Assembly (NCBI GenBank): GCA_963665095.1
Contig: OY762069.1
Coordinates: forward strand, 2,720,001 to 2,784,000
DNA from: an uncultured Desulfobacter sp.
Lineage (GTDB): Bacteria > Desulfobacterota > Desulfobacteria > Desulfobacterales > Desulfobacteraceae
Direction: 5' to 3'
Length of the DNA: 64,000 nt
Numbering within the stretch: the first letter of the stretch is position 1; the number at the start of each line of letters is the position of its first letter. Shown here piece by piece: positions 40,345-50,748 of the stretch. Below the pieces are notes generated by a model. The model was not told the origin of the DNA. It ran no database searches and saw only the letters and a program-made list of their open reading frames with translations. The position numbers were made by a program, and so were the translations under genes.

Positions 40345-41425
40345 GGGGCATTCGCCGAAAAAAGGGATGTAGCAGGACAGAGGCAAAAGGACAGTCGGTA
40401 TCAGAAATCTCCAAAGCAAATATGAAAATTCCAAAATTTAAGCTGATTTTAAGCGCACCTCACCAGAAACCCCGCGTACAGTGAAAATCAATTCCAATAC
40501 TCAACCGCCGGAATTTGAGAGTCTGAAAAGTCATAAACCAACTCAGGAATGGGCTAAGAAATAACCGCCTGCGGTGGATCATGGTTGTGAATATCCCCTA
40601 AGCCCAGGTGACGCAGAATTTTTTCTATAACATCGAGATTTTCCACAAAAGAAATCAGTTTCATTTGACCCTGACATTTTGGGCAAACCAAAGGATCAAC
40701 TTCATGAATTCTTTGGATTAACCTGGCCCAATTCTGCCTTGCTTCTTTTGAAGACATCTTATTTTGCATAATTGTCGGGATTGTGTTATCAGTTTTGCGC
40801 CTTCTTTCTCATCCCCCTGGACTTGTTAGGCACGAAGTGAAGCTTTAGCGCTCAAAGTAACCATATTAACGAACGGTATGCTCGTATCTTCCTGGAATAT
40901 GTGTCACCAACCTGGTAAGCCAATCCAAAGCATAACCTGAAGGTCAGAAACTTAAACATCTTTTTGGATTTTCCGTCTTTGGCGGTATAAATAATTTTAG
41001 CAACACCATCATCAGATTTTTCGGCCGGAATATATCCTAAAGGGCAGAAACTATACCAGTCTTTCCTGGGAGGCACGCAGTGAAGCTTCAGCGCTCAACA
41101 GGCTCGAATGATATATCTTGCCAGGTTGCCAAGCCCGACTTTATCATCAGGCTCAATTCTGCCTCCGATATAAACATTAAACCCCGAGTGATGCCAAGAT
41201 AGCATGTTTTCAAGCTTCTGCCCTTCAGGGTATGATGGCATCATTGATTTCCCCCTCTTTCTTGAGCATTTTCAGCACCTCATACTGAAATGCTTCTTCC
41301 AGGTCTTCAAGCATAAATATCGGAGCAGTCTGAAAGCTGCCGTCTTTTAAGAAGCAACCATCTGAAACTATGGCGTGAAGATGGGGATTGAAATTTAGAA
41401 GGTCGCCATAGGTCTGCACTGCAAT
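40345..41425 (-). mobile_element. Degraded IS91-like element (transposase relic plus downstream end)
   Basis: Fragments FNPHLHAIV (HUH), KIIYTAKD, WARLIQRIHEVDPLVCPKC; near-identical to 58147-58830 and 63557-64000. Confidence 0.85.
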
Positions 41426-41516
41426 AGAGGTGAAGCCTGCCCCGGATGGGATGGGCTACTTTTCCCCGTAACAAATCTGGGTTAACCCCACAATGCTTGT
41501 TTTTACGCGGATATTT

Positions 41517-41870
41517 TTAAAGCCGGCCTGTTTCATCATGGCGGACGACCGTATCCGGGTATATGTTCAGACCGTACAGCCAGCCCATGGAGATCCGGGT
41601 TAAAAGGCTTTTGCCCGCTGTGACCATGGAAAACCGCCCCCCCGGTGCAAGTACCCGGAAAATCTCAGACAGGGCTTCATTGGGGTGTTTAACAAAGAAA
41701 AACATATTGGCACTGGCACAGGCGGTGAACTGTCCGGTCTTCCAGGGCAGTGATTCAGCACTTCCCTGGAGGATCTCATAAGGGTGCCCACCGCCATTCC
41801 CGGAATCATCCATGTCTGAAAACGGGCCAGCATGGCCTGCATATAAGCCGGATCCGTTCCCTTACCCAGA
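41517..41870 (-). pseudogene. SAM-dependent methyltransferase remnant
   Basis: LQGSAESLPWKTGQF..ALSEIFRVLAPGGRF; frameshifted and incomplete. Confidence 0.65.
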
Positions 41871-42042
41871 AGATACCGGCTGTAGGCATCCGGGTTTATC
41901 ACCAGCATGATATAAGACCCCATGGGATTCAGGGAAAATAACAAAAAGGACAAAACATTTAAGGTCTTTTTCCGGTAATTGCCAAGCTTTGCCACAAAAT
42001 CTGCCCTAAAGGCCAGAACCGGACAGACCAGTGCCCTTGCAC

Positions 42043-44079
42043 CTAAAACCGATACCTGAAGGTTAATCCAAAGGTTCTTGGATCACCGTTTCTGCCCCAC
42101 CACTGACCATTCATTTCAAAAGCCCGGGTGGCATATGCCTGATCAAACAGGTTGTTGGCCCACACATAAACATCAAAACTGTCTGCCTCGTATCCGGCCT
42201 TTAAATCAACAATCTGATAGCTGTCCTGGGATTTTTCATTATCTGCCTCATAATAGATGGTGCCTGTGCCGTTGAGTTCGGCATTGACCATCCAATGCCC
42301 AAGGAAACGGTATGCTGCCCCCAGACCATAGGTATGGGACGGGGAGTTGGGGATATCCTTTCCTGAATAGTTTACACCGCCATTGGTATATTCATCAAAG
42401 GTGGCATCCACATACCCCAGGCTGCCGTACACCTCAAGCCCTGTAAGGGGGCGAAGGATCAGTTCTATTTCCAGGCCTTTGCTGGTGGCGCTAGCAGCAT
42501 TGTCTATGACGTAGTCAGGGTAAGACGGCTGTTCCACCTGGAGATCCTCCCAGTTAATGTAAAACAGCGCAGCATTGAGCTGGACCCGGTTATGGGCCAG
42601 TTCACTTTTAAAACCCAGTTCATAATTCCAGGTATATTCGGAATCATAGGCCTTTCCCGGATCTGATCCCAGGTTGAAGCCCCCGCTTTTAAACCCTTTG
42701 CTCACACTGGTATAGGGCCTGAAATGATCTGTTATATGATAGGTCAGGGCAAATTTTGGCAACAGGGCATCAAAATCTTTGTCAGAGGAGCCCGTACAAG
42801 GGGTGTAGCCCACCATTGCACCGCCCTTCCACTGGTAATCAAAATCTTTTTGTTCGTATTCATACCGTAAACCGGCCGTGACCACCCATTTTTTAATGGT
42901 GTAATCAATCTGTCCGAATAGAGCCGCACCAGTGCTGTCTGTATCACCGTATTGTTCGGCAGACACATTATAGGGAATGGCATCATATACAATGCTTTGA
43001 TCATCCTGTGATGAAAACAGGTACACACCGGTTGTCCATTTCCATGCCCCGGCGGACCGGGAATTTAACCGCAGTTCCTGGGTATAAAGTTTTCTGTCCA
43101 TGCCGCTCTTAAGCAAATATAAATCAGAGTCTGTGAAATCCACATCATTTCCATTGGTGGTATCACTGTTCAAGGCTGTGGTAATGGATGTCAGCCTGAC
43201 ATTTTCCATGTCAAAGGCAACTTTCAACGACACATTGGAAAAGTCCTTATCCACATAGCCGGAATCATTCACACTGACATCAAAATCACTGTCCTGGGTC
43301 TTGTCAAAGGTGGTGAACTCCGAATAGTTGGAATCATATTTTTGCAAATTGATTTTCAGGTCTGCGGTCAGTTTTTCACTGGGGGTGTAGCGCAAGGAGA
43401 TTCTGCCGTCATAGTTTTTCTTTTCATCCACTTCATCGTCATTGTCCACGGTATTGGTAAAATAACCGTCAGACCCCATATATCTTCCGGCCAGGCGAAG
43501 AAAAAGCTTGTCTTTGACAAGGGCGCCACCGCCAAAAAGCTCGGTTTCAAGGGTGTTATAATTGGCGTAGGACAAAGAAAGCCCACCGCTCCAAGGGTTT
43601 TCAGGGGCCCTGGTGATAATATTGATGACACCGGCTTCGGTGTTTTTCCCATACAAGGTGCCCTGGGGGCCACGCAGAACTTCAATGCGCTCTACATCCA
43701 TGAGGTTGATGTCTGCGGAAGGATAAAACACGTCATCCACAAAAAAACCAAACACATCACCACCGGTCATGAACGAAGAAATACCCCGGACCGATGCAAT
43801 ATTCTGGAACAGTCCCACAGGCCCCATTTTGGTCATGTGCATGTTGGGCATGCGCTGGAATAATTTTTCAGTTGTATCAATGGACCGGTCCAGGATCGCC
43901 ACGTCATCAATTACAGTGATGCTCATGGGGATTTCCTGGGCGTTCTCTTCTGTTTTATTGGCTGTAACCGTGATGCTGTCTATGGCCACCGGATCTTTTG
44001 AGTCCCCTGCTGTTGCACCGGTCCCGGAACTTAAAACCAGGCCGGCTGCAAGCATTACACAAAAAGCTTTACAATTCAT
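42043..44079 (-). CDS. TonB-dependent outer-membrane receptor (siderophore-receptor-like)
   Basis: TonB box ITVTA, ERIEVLRGPQGTLYG, GFKSGGFN, NNLFD, terminal YRF. Confidence 0.93.
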   Translation of the reverse strand: MNCKAFCVMLAAGLVLSSGTGATAGDSKDPVAIDSITVTANKTEENAQEIPMSITVIDDVAILDRSIDTTEKLFQRMPNMHMTKMGPVGLFQNIASVRGISSFMTGGDVFGFFVDDVFYPSADINLMDVERIEVLRGPQGTLYGKNTEAGVINIITRAPENPWSGGLSLSYANYNTLETELFGGGALVKDKLFLRLAGRYMGSDGYFTNTVDNDDEVDEKKNYDGRISLRYTPSEKLTADLKINLQKYDSNYSEFTTFDKTQDSDFDVSVNDSGYVDKDFSNVSLKVAFDMENVRLTSITTALNSDTTNGNDVDFTDSDLYLLKSGMDRKLYTQELRLNSRSAGAWKWTTGVYLFSSQDDQSIVYDAIPYNVSAEQYGDTDSTGAALFGQIDYTIKKWVVTAGLRYEYEQKDFDYQWKGGAMVGYTPCTGSSDKDFDALLPKFALTYHITDHFRPYTSVSKGFKSGGFNLGSDPGKAYDSEYTWNYELGFKSELAHNRVQLNAALFYINWEDLQVEQPSYPDYVIDNAASATSKGLEIELILRPLTGLEVYGSLGYVDATFDEYTNGGVNYSGKDIPNSPSHTYGLGAAYRFLGHWMVNAELNGTGTIYYEADNEKSQDSYQIVDLKAGYEADSFDVYVWANNLFDQAYATRAFEMNGQWWGRNGDPRTFGLTFRYRF

Positions 44080-44286
44080 CTCCCATCTCCTCTTCACTTA
44101 TCAGTTTACCGATATAAAATAAGCAAAAACTAACTCAAAAATAGAAAAAAGGGCGGGTATCCCGTGCAAACCCGCCGGTCATCTGCTGATCTTTTATGAA
44201 CCTATCCTATCCATACCATGGCAGGTAAAACACAGCCTTGTATCTAAGGGTTTGGTTTTGGTACCAACGGGGCAGTCATGAAGAGC

Positions 44287-44440
44287 TGATGGCGTCGTAA
44301 AAAGTCTCCACCTACTGCGTTATGGAGCCTGACCAGATGCTCGACATACTACATGTATGCCTTCACACCTGGCCAGCCCCCATGCCTTGTAGGGGAAGAT
44401 TTTTACTTAGCCATCGGTTGGACTTTTTACGGGATTATCA
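44287..44440. repeat. ERIC-like palindromic repeat, copy 3 (reverse orientation, diverged)
   Basis: TGATGGCGTCGTAAAAAGTC..TGCGTT..CATAC-TACAT-GTATG..GCCTTG..TTTTTACTTAGCCATC..GACTTTTTACGGGATTATCA. Confidence 0.6.
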
Positions 44441-44476
44441 GATTTGATCCGGCCAGATTCTTCGTTGGCTCAGAAT

Positions 44477-44722
44477 TTAATGCTTTTGGTCGTCCTTGAT
44501 TTCCTGGAGGCCAAGTTTGTATTCGTGGTAGGATGGGACTTCATTTTCAATCCGGTTCGGGGCAGGACCGTTTTTCCATTGCTGTTCACTAACATTAATG
44601 TCATAGATCCCCTGGTAAATCTGCTCCGCCGAAATAAACTGTTTTTGTGAAACGCAGGAAGCCAATACCATGAGACCCATGAAAGCAAACAGTACAATTA
44701 TTTTTTTAAAAACGCAGGACAT
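44477..44722 (-). CDS. Small putative lipoprotein
   Basis: Hydrophobic signal with lipobox-like LASC. Confidence 0.6.
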   Translation of the reverse strand: MSCVFKKIIVLFAFMGLMVLASCVSQKQFISAEQIYQGIYDINVSEQQWKNGPAPNRIENEVPSYHEYKLGLQEIKDDQKH

Positions 44723-44754
44723 GGCAGCCCTCCTTTTTTCTTTAAGGCATTGTG

Positions 44755-44991
44755 CTATTTATTTTTTTGCACTTCCTGGGTTTCAGGATCATTAAAATAT
44801 TCCATAATATCGCCGGGTTGGCAGTCCAGGTGACGACATATGGCATCAAGGGTTGAAAACCGGATGGCCTTAGCTTTACCTGTTTTCAAAATGGAAAGGT
44901 TTTGTGCCGTAATACCGATTTTTTCGGCCAGAGTGTTGGATTTAAGTTTACGCCGGGCCAGCATGACATCAAGGTTAATGCGAATGGTCAT
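44755..44991 (-). CDS. XRE/Cro-family HTH regulator (YozG-like)
   Basis: LAEKIGIT..NLSILKTGKAKAIRFSTL..CQPGDI. Confidence 0.93.
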   Translation of the reverse strand: MTIRINLDVMLARRKLKSNTLAEKIGITAQNLSILKTGKAKAIRFSTLDAICRHLDCQPGDIMEYFNDPETQEVQKNK

Positions 44992-45001
44992 AACGCCTCG
45001 C

Positions 45002-45559
45002 TTAAACAGTTAAACTGTGTTCTTCCTGTAACCGGCATCCCTCCTGCATCACCCGGGCAATGGTTGCCAGAATATATCCCACGATAAGCAGGGAGACATC
45101 CTGGCCTTCCAGGCCAATACTGATCATACGCTCCCCCTGGGGATGATGCAGGGTTAATATGACACTTAAAAGTGAATCGGTGATAATGTTTGCAACGCAA
45201 AACAGGATAAGCGTTCTGGATAGGGCCTGAAGACAGGTGACATTTTCGGATTGAAAAATCTGGCCTTCCTGGTACATCCGAAATAACCCGATCAATTTAA
45301 TGATACCGAAAATCGTTATCCCTGCCGGAACCATGGTTATGACAAACCCTGCCAAACGGGTTGACACGGGCAGTGGAAGCCGGACAAATTCAGGAAGTAT
45401 TTCCTGCTGAATCGGTCCTGGCAAATGGTTGATAAACAGCCAGATCAAGCAGACTGCCAGGGGAATAAACCCGCAGCATACTTTAAGGACCAATATAATC
45501 TTTCTGCTGGATTCACTGATGATCTCTTTATTCTTTGTTTTGCTGGAGCAAGTGTTCAT
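45002..45559 (-). CDS. DUF2975-family membrane protein
   Basis: Four TMs, GQIFQSENV, C-terminal LQEEHSLTV; usual partner of YozG-like regulators. Confidence 0.85.
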   Translation of the reverse strand: MNTCSSKTKNKEIISESSRKIILVLKVCCGFIPLAVCLIWLFINHLPGPIQQEILPEFVRLPLPVSTRLAGFVITMVPAGITIFGIIKLIGLFRMYQEGQIFQSENVTCLQALSRTLILFCVANIITDSLLSVILTLHHPQGERMISIGLEGQDVSLLIVGYILATIARVMQEGCRLQEEHSLTV

Positions 45560-45773
45560 AAGAATGTTTCCTTTTTCGATAAATATTGTTCATGCTTGGG
45601 TTCCTTTTAGCACAGATCTAAAACGAAAAACAATAAGAAATTATCGAAAAACAATAAAAATCACAATTACAAAATAGATTAACTCAATTTTATAACGGCC
45701 ACGGGCCGACCTGACACATCAGCTGCCAGGCTCCGGAACTCATTGAAACTTTGGTATAAAATGATCCGGCAAT

Positions 45774-46190
45774 TTATTCAGTAAATTTTTCCATTGCCTG
45801 TGACGTTGTAAATACAGCCATTCCTGTTTTCATAGCTCCAAACCCCAGTTTTTTATAAAAACCTTCCATGCCGGGGGTTGCATAAAGAATGATATTACAA
45901 CCCGGAAGTTGATCTAAAATGGTTTGAATTATAATTTTGCCAATCCCTTTTCCCTGGGCTTCGGGCAAGACAGCAACGTCATAAATTGCACCTTGATATT
46001 CACCATCGGATATTGCCCTTCCAAAACCGATCAACTGCGATTTTTCAAAAATAAAGACCGTTGAATGACTGGCTTCAAAAGCTCTTTTATGGACTTCGGG
46101 TTCATGGTAAGCCATTCCGACTTCTTTTAGTAAGGCAGATACAAGTTGCCAATCAATTTCAAAGCAATCCGTTTTTATTTTTAGTTCCAT
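45774..46190 (-). CDS. GNAT-family acetyltransferase
   Basis: LIGFGRAISDG, DVAVLPEAQGKGIG, FYKKLGF. Confidence 0.93.
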   Translation of the reverse strand: MELKIKTDCFEIDWQLVSALLKEVGMAYHEPEVHKRAFEASHSTVFIFEKSQLIGFGRAISDGEYQGAIYDVAVLPEAQGKGIGKIIIQTILDQLPGCNIILYATPGMEGFYKKLGFGAMKTGMAVFTTSQAMEKFTE

Positions 46191-46263
46191 GTTTTATACT
46201 AGTGTATAATTTCTTAGCATAATTATTATAAACAGCCTTCACGCTTTTTTTTGTCAGATGGGT

Positions 46264-46896
46264 TCATTTATTTGATGATGTTGCAAGCAATGCCCCAAAC
46301 CCGACAAATAAAGTTCCGCTTATTCTATTGACTATTCTGATTCGTCCAGGTTTTGATATCCATCCTTTAGCGCGATCCGCCACCATCGAGTACAACAATA
46401 AAAAGGAAAATGAAAAAGCCATCAGTATTGCTATAAGAGCTGAAAACTGAGGATACAATGAGCTTTTATGGTTTATGAACTGGGGGAACAAAGCCGTAAG
46501 AAAAACAATCGCCTTTGGATTACTGACTGCCACTAAAAAAGCCTGGAAAAATAACTTTTGGGACGAAATACTTTTTCCCCCGGATAATTCATTACAAATT
46601 TCAAGGGCTGTATGTTTTTGAAAAATCATTTTGAGTCCCAAATAAATTAGATATGAGGCACCCAAATATTTTACAATACTATATACGAGAACGGACATTT
46701 TCAGTATGGCCCCAAGGCCTGTAATGGCGATAACGCCTAAACAGAACAAGCCAACGATATTTCCGAGTGCAGCAAATATGGTCTTCTTCCACCCGTACAA
46801 CAACGAATTTGTGGTGATAAAAAGTACGGCAGGCCCAGGTGTTGCCGTGGCTGCGAAAACGAATGTTAAATACACTATCCATAAATGAACTGTCAT
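46264..46896 (-). CDS. LysE/RhtB-family exporter
   Basis: TPGPAV, GASYLIYLG, SNPKAIVF..FPQF. Confidence 0.93.
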   Translation of the reverse strand: MTVHLWIVYLTFVFAATATPGPAVLFITTNSLLYGWKKTIFAALGNIVGLFCLGVIAITGLGAILKMSVLVYSIVKYLGASYLIYLGLKMIFQKHTALEICNELSGGKSISSQKLFFQAFLVAVSNPKAIVFLTALFPQFINHKSSLYPQFSALIAILMAFSFSFLLLYSMVADRAKGWISKPGRIRIVNRISGTLFVGFGALLATSSNK

Positions 46897-47233
46897 TATG
46901 TTTTTCCTCTCCTTAAGAATCATTTCCGGGGAATAACGACTCACCCTGGATACGGTGTCTGCTTATGTTCTTTTTTAAACCATGCCGCCGCAAATCCAAT
47001 AACTAAAGCAGAAAATAACTTTTAAAACTACAGCAATTTTTGAAAAATTCAAAATATATTTTCTTACATCGTTTTCGCTAAAGTCCATATGGAATAAAAA
47101 TAAAAAAAGCATTTATTAGTTTTTCGGAGTTGTGCCACCAAATAATTCTAAAAACTTGAAATGGTAGGAATCGAAAATCCTGTGATACACGTAATATTGC
47201 TCGCCGGTTTGGGGATTTAAAAAGTGTGGAAGT

Positions 47234-47250
47234 ACAGGGATAGTCCGGGG
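47234..47250. repeat. 17-bp motif ACAGGGA(T/A)AGTCCGGGG; same-orientation copies at 47234, 48055, 50538 and 52446
   Basis: Four copies, each followed 36-38 bp later by (G/A)TAGTCT; they delimit unrelated gene blocks. Confidence 0.8.
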
Positions 47251-47454
47251 ACGCTGGCCGACCGGAAAACGGGACCTGGCTGAAGGGTAGTCTTCACCTC
47301 CCAAAAACTCAGTTTGATCTTACCAACATATATAATGCAGAAAAAACGACCCAAAGTACGCCTGTGAAAAATTAAAATCATGAGGTATATTAAAAAAGAG
47401 AGGTTTTTGCGGTATCATTACCGAAAACGGTTAACATAAAGACAGGACGTTGCA

Positions 47455-47703
47455 ATGCCGGAAATTACGAGGTTTTACGGAATCATTATCAAACTTTTTT
47501 TTGGGGACCATCCACCACCACGCTTTCATGCTGTGTATGGTGAATACCTCGCACTTTTCGATATCAACTCTTTAAACGTGATTGAAGGGGATCTTCCGCC
47601 AAGGGCCAGAAAATTAGTTTTGGAATGGGCTGAAAAATATCAGGCTGAATTAAAGACAATCTGGGAAACTCAAGAATTTAAAAAATTACCACCTTTGGAG
47701 TGA
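47455..47703 (+). CDS. DUF4160-family protein (putative toxin of a DUF4160/DUF2442 pair)
   Basis: MPEITRFYGIII..DHPPPRFHAVYGE..GDLPPRA..LVLEWA. Confidence 0.88.
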   Translation: MPEITRFYGIIIKLFFGDHPPPRFHAVYGEYLALFDINSLNVIEGDLPPRARKLVLEWAEKYQAELKTIWETQEFKKLPPLE

Positions 47704-47972
47704 TTTTAAAAATGATTGTACCTAAAATAAAAACTGCAGTCGTGGCAGATCAAAATACTCTCGTTATTACGTTTGTTAACGAAGAGGTAAAAAAATACAA
47801 TATCAGCAAGCTGTTAACTAATGAAATGTTTTCACCTCTTAAAAATCAGGCATTTTTTAGAAATGTTAAAGTGGAGCCAGGCGGATATGCTGTATATTGG
47901 AATGATATGATTGATATTAGTGAATATGAATTATGGAAAAACGGAATTTCGGAAAACCCTTCAAACGCCTAA
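47700..47972 (+). CDS. DUF2442-family protein (putative antitoxin partner)
   Basis: LVITFVN..FSPLKNQAFFRNVKVEPGGYAVYWNDMIDI. Confidence 0.85.
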   Translation: MILKMIVPKIKTAVVADQNTLVITFVNEEVKKYNISKLLTNEMFSPLKNQAFFRNVKVEPGGYAVYWNDMIDISEYELWKNGISENPSNA

Positions 47973-48054
47973 TTACTTCTAACAATTAGTTTCCTGAACA
48001 GAGAGCCATCAATGACACAATCAGATTTATAATGTTTTTCAACACACCTGAATT

Positions 48055-48239
48055 ACAGGGAAAGTCCGGGGTGATTTTCACCTGGAAGATGGTCTTTGTC
48101 TTAGAGGTAGTCTGCTCTTTTGAAAAAAGCGAGCCCTACCAGTTGCAAAGTTCACTGTCGTCGGGTTCAACCCCCTGATTATTTTTTGGGGAATTGATCG
48201 CTGTATTCAAAATTTTGCAGGTCCGGTTAAATAGACATA
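48055..48239. repeat. 185-bp direct repeat (second copy 52446-52630)
   Basis: Near-identical (one mismatch seen) non-coding sequence that begins with the 17-bp motif. Confidence 0.9.
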
Positions 48240-48273
48240 GTCAACACCCAACTTCAACTATCCGTAATGCTTG

Positions 48274-48891
48274 TCAATCTAAGAGTTCACTTGCTAATTC
48301 TTTCAGGAGCCGATCTGCCCACGGAGATGCTTCCAGGATCTTTTGAGGATCTATATTTTCAAGAATACTAAATGAATGTGCACCTTTACCGTATCGTCCT
48401 TTTTGGGTGGCACTGGTTGCAGATTTGAGTCCATCGAATATATCGTCTTTTGAGATCACTTCAATCTTGGTTTGTTTCGGCAGGGCATTTTTATTAAAAT
48501 TTTGTCCAAAAAATTTTATCAGAGTTTCTTTGTCAGCTAAAAACCATGATTCCATGACCTGAACCATTAGGTGGGCTTGACGCTCTGACGCGTTCTCCGG
48601 TTTATCCCAATCGTCCCTTTGTTTTAAGTGGGACCATGGTCTATCCATATGTTGAGTGTTGACTGAAGATTCAGCATCAACCAACAGGAAAGCCATATCA
48701 CCATCTTTAGAAAAATTAACTGCGGTACAAAAATCATCGAATGCATTTTGTCGACTCCCACATGCAATGAGCTTGGGCATGTGTCCTTTAAATCCTGCTT
48801 TTTCAAAAAATTTGGAAAATGCTTTTCTACAGGCTGTTTTTAATTTTTTCTGATCTCCTCCGCCCTCTATATATATTTTTACTTGCCCCAT
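48274..48891 (-). CDS. DUF4276-family (RloB/TOPRIM-like) protein
   Basis: KIYIEGGG, LLVDAE, LMVQVMESWFLAD, YGKG. Confidence 0.85.
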   Translation of the reverse strand: MGQVKIYIEGGGDQKKLKTACRKAFSKFFEKAGFKGHMPKLIACGSRQNAFDDFCTAVNFSKDGDMAFLLVDAESSVNTQHMDRPWSHLKQRDDWDKPENASERQAHLMVQVMESWFLADKETLIKFFGQNFNKNALPKQTKIEVISKDDIFDGLKSATSATQKGRYGKGAHSFSILENIDPQKILEASPWADRLLKELASELLD

Positions 48892-48896
48892 TATCT

Positions 48897-50072
48897 CTAC
48901 CAGCGATTACCGCCGATCTCCCCTTTCCGCCATAATTCTCCCAAAGAGTACTTTTCCAGCCAAGCTTTCAGATCTATGGACTCCAAACGCTGTAAGCGAG
49001 TCCGCCCTTCCCGTTTTTCACATACGAGAACTGTTTCTGGCGTTTCTGTTAATTCATCCACCAAGGCTTCAGAATGTGTGGTCACTATCAACTGAGTACG
49101 GTTGGATGCTTCTTTCAAAAGGTTAGCAATGATCGGGATGATATCGGTATGGATACCGAGTTCTGGTTCTTCAATGCATATCAACGGTGGTGGTGAGGGG
49201 TGACACAGGATAGCTAACAAGCAGAGGAATCTCAATGTTCCATCGGAAAGGCGTGTCGCAGGAATTGAAAAATCGCCTTCTGTTAGAAATAGTTGGACGC
49301 TTCCTCCCTCTATGCTTACATCAAAGTCTTCAATTCCTTCATAGAAATCATTAAGTAAATTTATGATTTGGCGCTTTACTTTGGGATTTCTTTTAAAATT
49401 GTTCAAAACTAAGCCTAAATTACGGCAGTCCGGTTCAAGATATTCATTGGGGGCATCTATATCCTGCGGTAACCGTAACAATGCCTGACGGCCAAAAGTC
49501 CATTCCCTATATATACGTATTTTTTTAAGCTGTTCTCCCAACCAGGTCAATTCCGGATACTGATCTGGGTCTTTTCTCTGTGAAAGAATCGATTGTTCCG
49601 GATCTATGGTTTCACGTTGCAGCGTTCGTCTTTCTTGCTTGATGTTGATCACAGGGTAATTATTCTCATATTTATAATAAAAATATGGAATTTCCTCTCC
49701 TGGGTTGGGTTCAGAATTTTCTATGACCTCATCAAAAACTTCAAATCTCTGATTAACGGCGGTGAAATGCATAGCGTGACGCAGTAATTTCCCACTCCGG
49801 ATATAATCTTCGCACACCAAGTTTGTTTCTATTTTTGCTATTGGATCACTCTCTCCTTTCCAGAGCCAATCCTTAGTGCCTCCGCCTTTCCGGATGGCTT
49901 GCTTCAAATCTGTCGGCATGGCTTGGAATAGACTGATAATTTCTATCAGGTTAGACTTACCTGAACCATTAGGTCCGATTATCACGTTCAGTGCTTCCAG
50001 AGGAATATTTCCGTCTGAGCCAAATGAAAGAGTATTCTCTATGGATAATTCTTTTATAAATATTTTTCCCAT
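48897..50072 (-). CDS. AAA_21/ABC-type ATPase
   Basis: IIGPNGSGKSN, LSDGTLRFL, ICIEEPELGIH, IVTTHS. Confidence 0.92.
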   Translation of the reverse strand: MGKIFIKELSIENTLSFGSDGNIPLEALNVIIGPNGSGKSNLIEIISLFQAMPTDLKQAIRKGGGTKDWLWKGESDPIAKIETNLVCEDYIRSGKLLRHAMHFTAVNQRFEVFDEVIENSEPNPGEEIPYFYYKYENNYPVINIKQERRTLQRETIDPEQSILSQRKDPDQYPELTWLGEQLKKIRIYREWTFGRQALLRLPQDIDAPNEYLEPDCRNLGLVLNNFKRNPKVKRQIINLLNDFYEGIEDFDVSIEGGSVQLFLTEGDFSIPATRLSDGTLRFLCLLAILCHPSPPPLICIEEPELGIHTDIIPIIANLLKEASNRTQLIVTTHSEALVDELTETPETVLVCEKREGRTRLQRLESIDLKAWLEKYSLGELWRKGEIGGNRW

Positions 50073-50748
50073 AAATTAATCCAAATCAAAAAATTAATTG
50101 ACAAACTTTGGTCAAACATAAACTTACACATCACCTAAATCAACTCATTTATACTGTTTTACTCCATTTTAGCAGTCGGTTGGTGAAATATTCTGAACCC
50201 GCTCTATAGAAACTTACTTTCTTCGGTAAATTTTTCATCATGAAGTGAATCAACCATGCTTGTATAACCTTTACCTCACCCCAAGTGTGTACTTATGGTA
50301 TCATTGAAGGTCGAAACCCTTGTTAACAAAAGCGTTCAATCCTTTTTCCAGTCCTTCAGCTACCCACAATTATAGGGCGAGCTATAGCGTTTGTAGTCTC
50401 CATATCCTTATCATAAAGGCCTGGCACAAGATATGGTATTTTCAATTGACAAACCATAGCGCAGTGATCGGCGCAGGACCGAGTCGTTCAATGTGGATTA
50501 AAAAATGTTTTGGGTGTGCTGTGAAAAGCCCGGAGTGACAGGGATAGTCCGGGGTGCCCTTCTATTTAAAAAAACGGATATCATCAGACGAATAGTCTTC
50601 ACTGTCCAGATAATTTCTTGACTGGCAAAATCAAAGACATTCATGTAAAAAGTTCTGAATCTCCTTTCATGATGTATTGTTGGTAAAGAGGCAACAGTTT
50701 TGATGAACTTAAGGGGCTTTAATCAGAATTAGAGTACTCTATTAATGG

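Noticed and set aside
47116..47304. 62-aa minus-strand ORF spanning the first 17-bp repeat
   Set aside because: No recognisable family or good start; it crosses the repeat boundary and is probably chimeric
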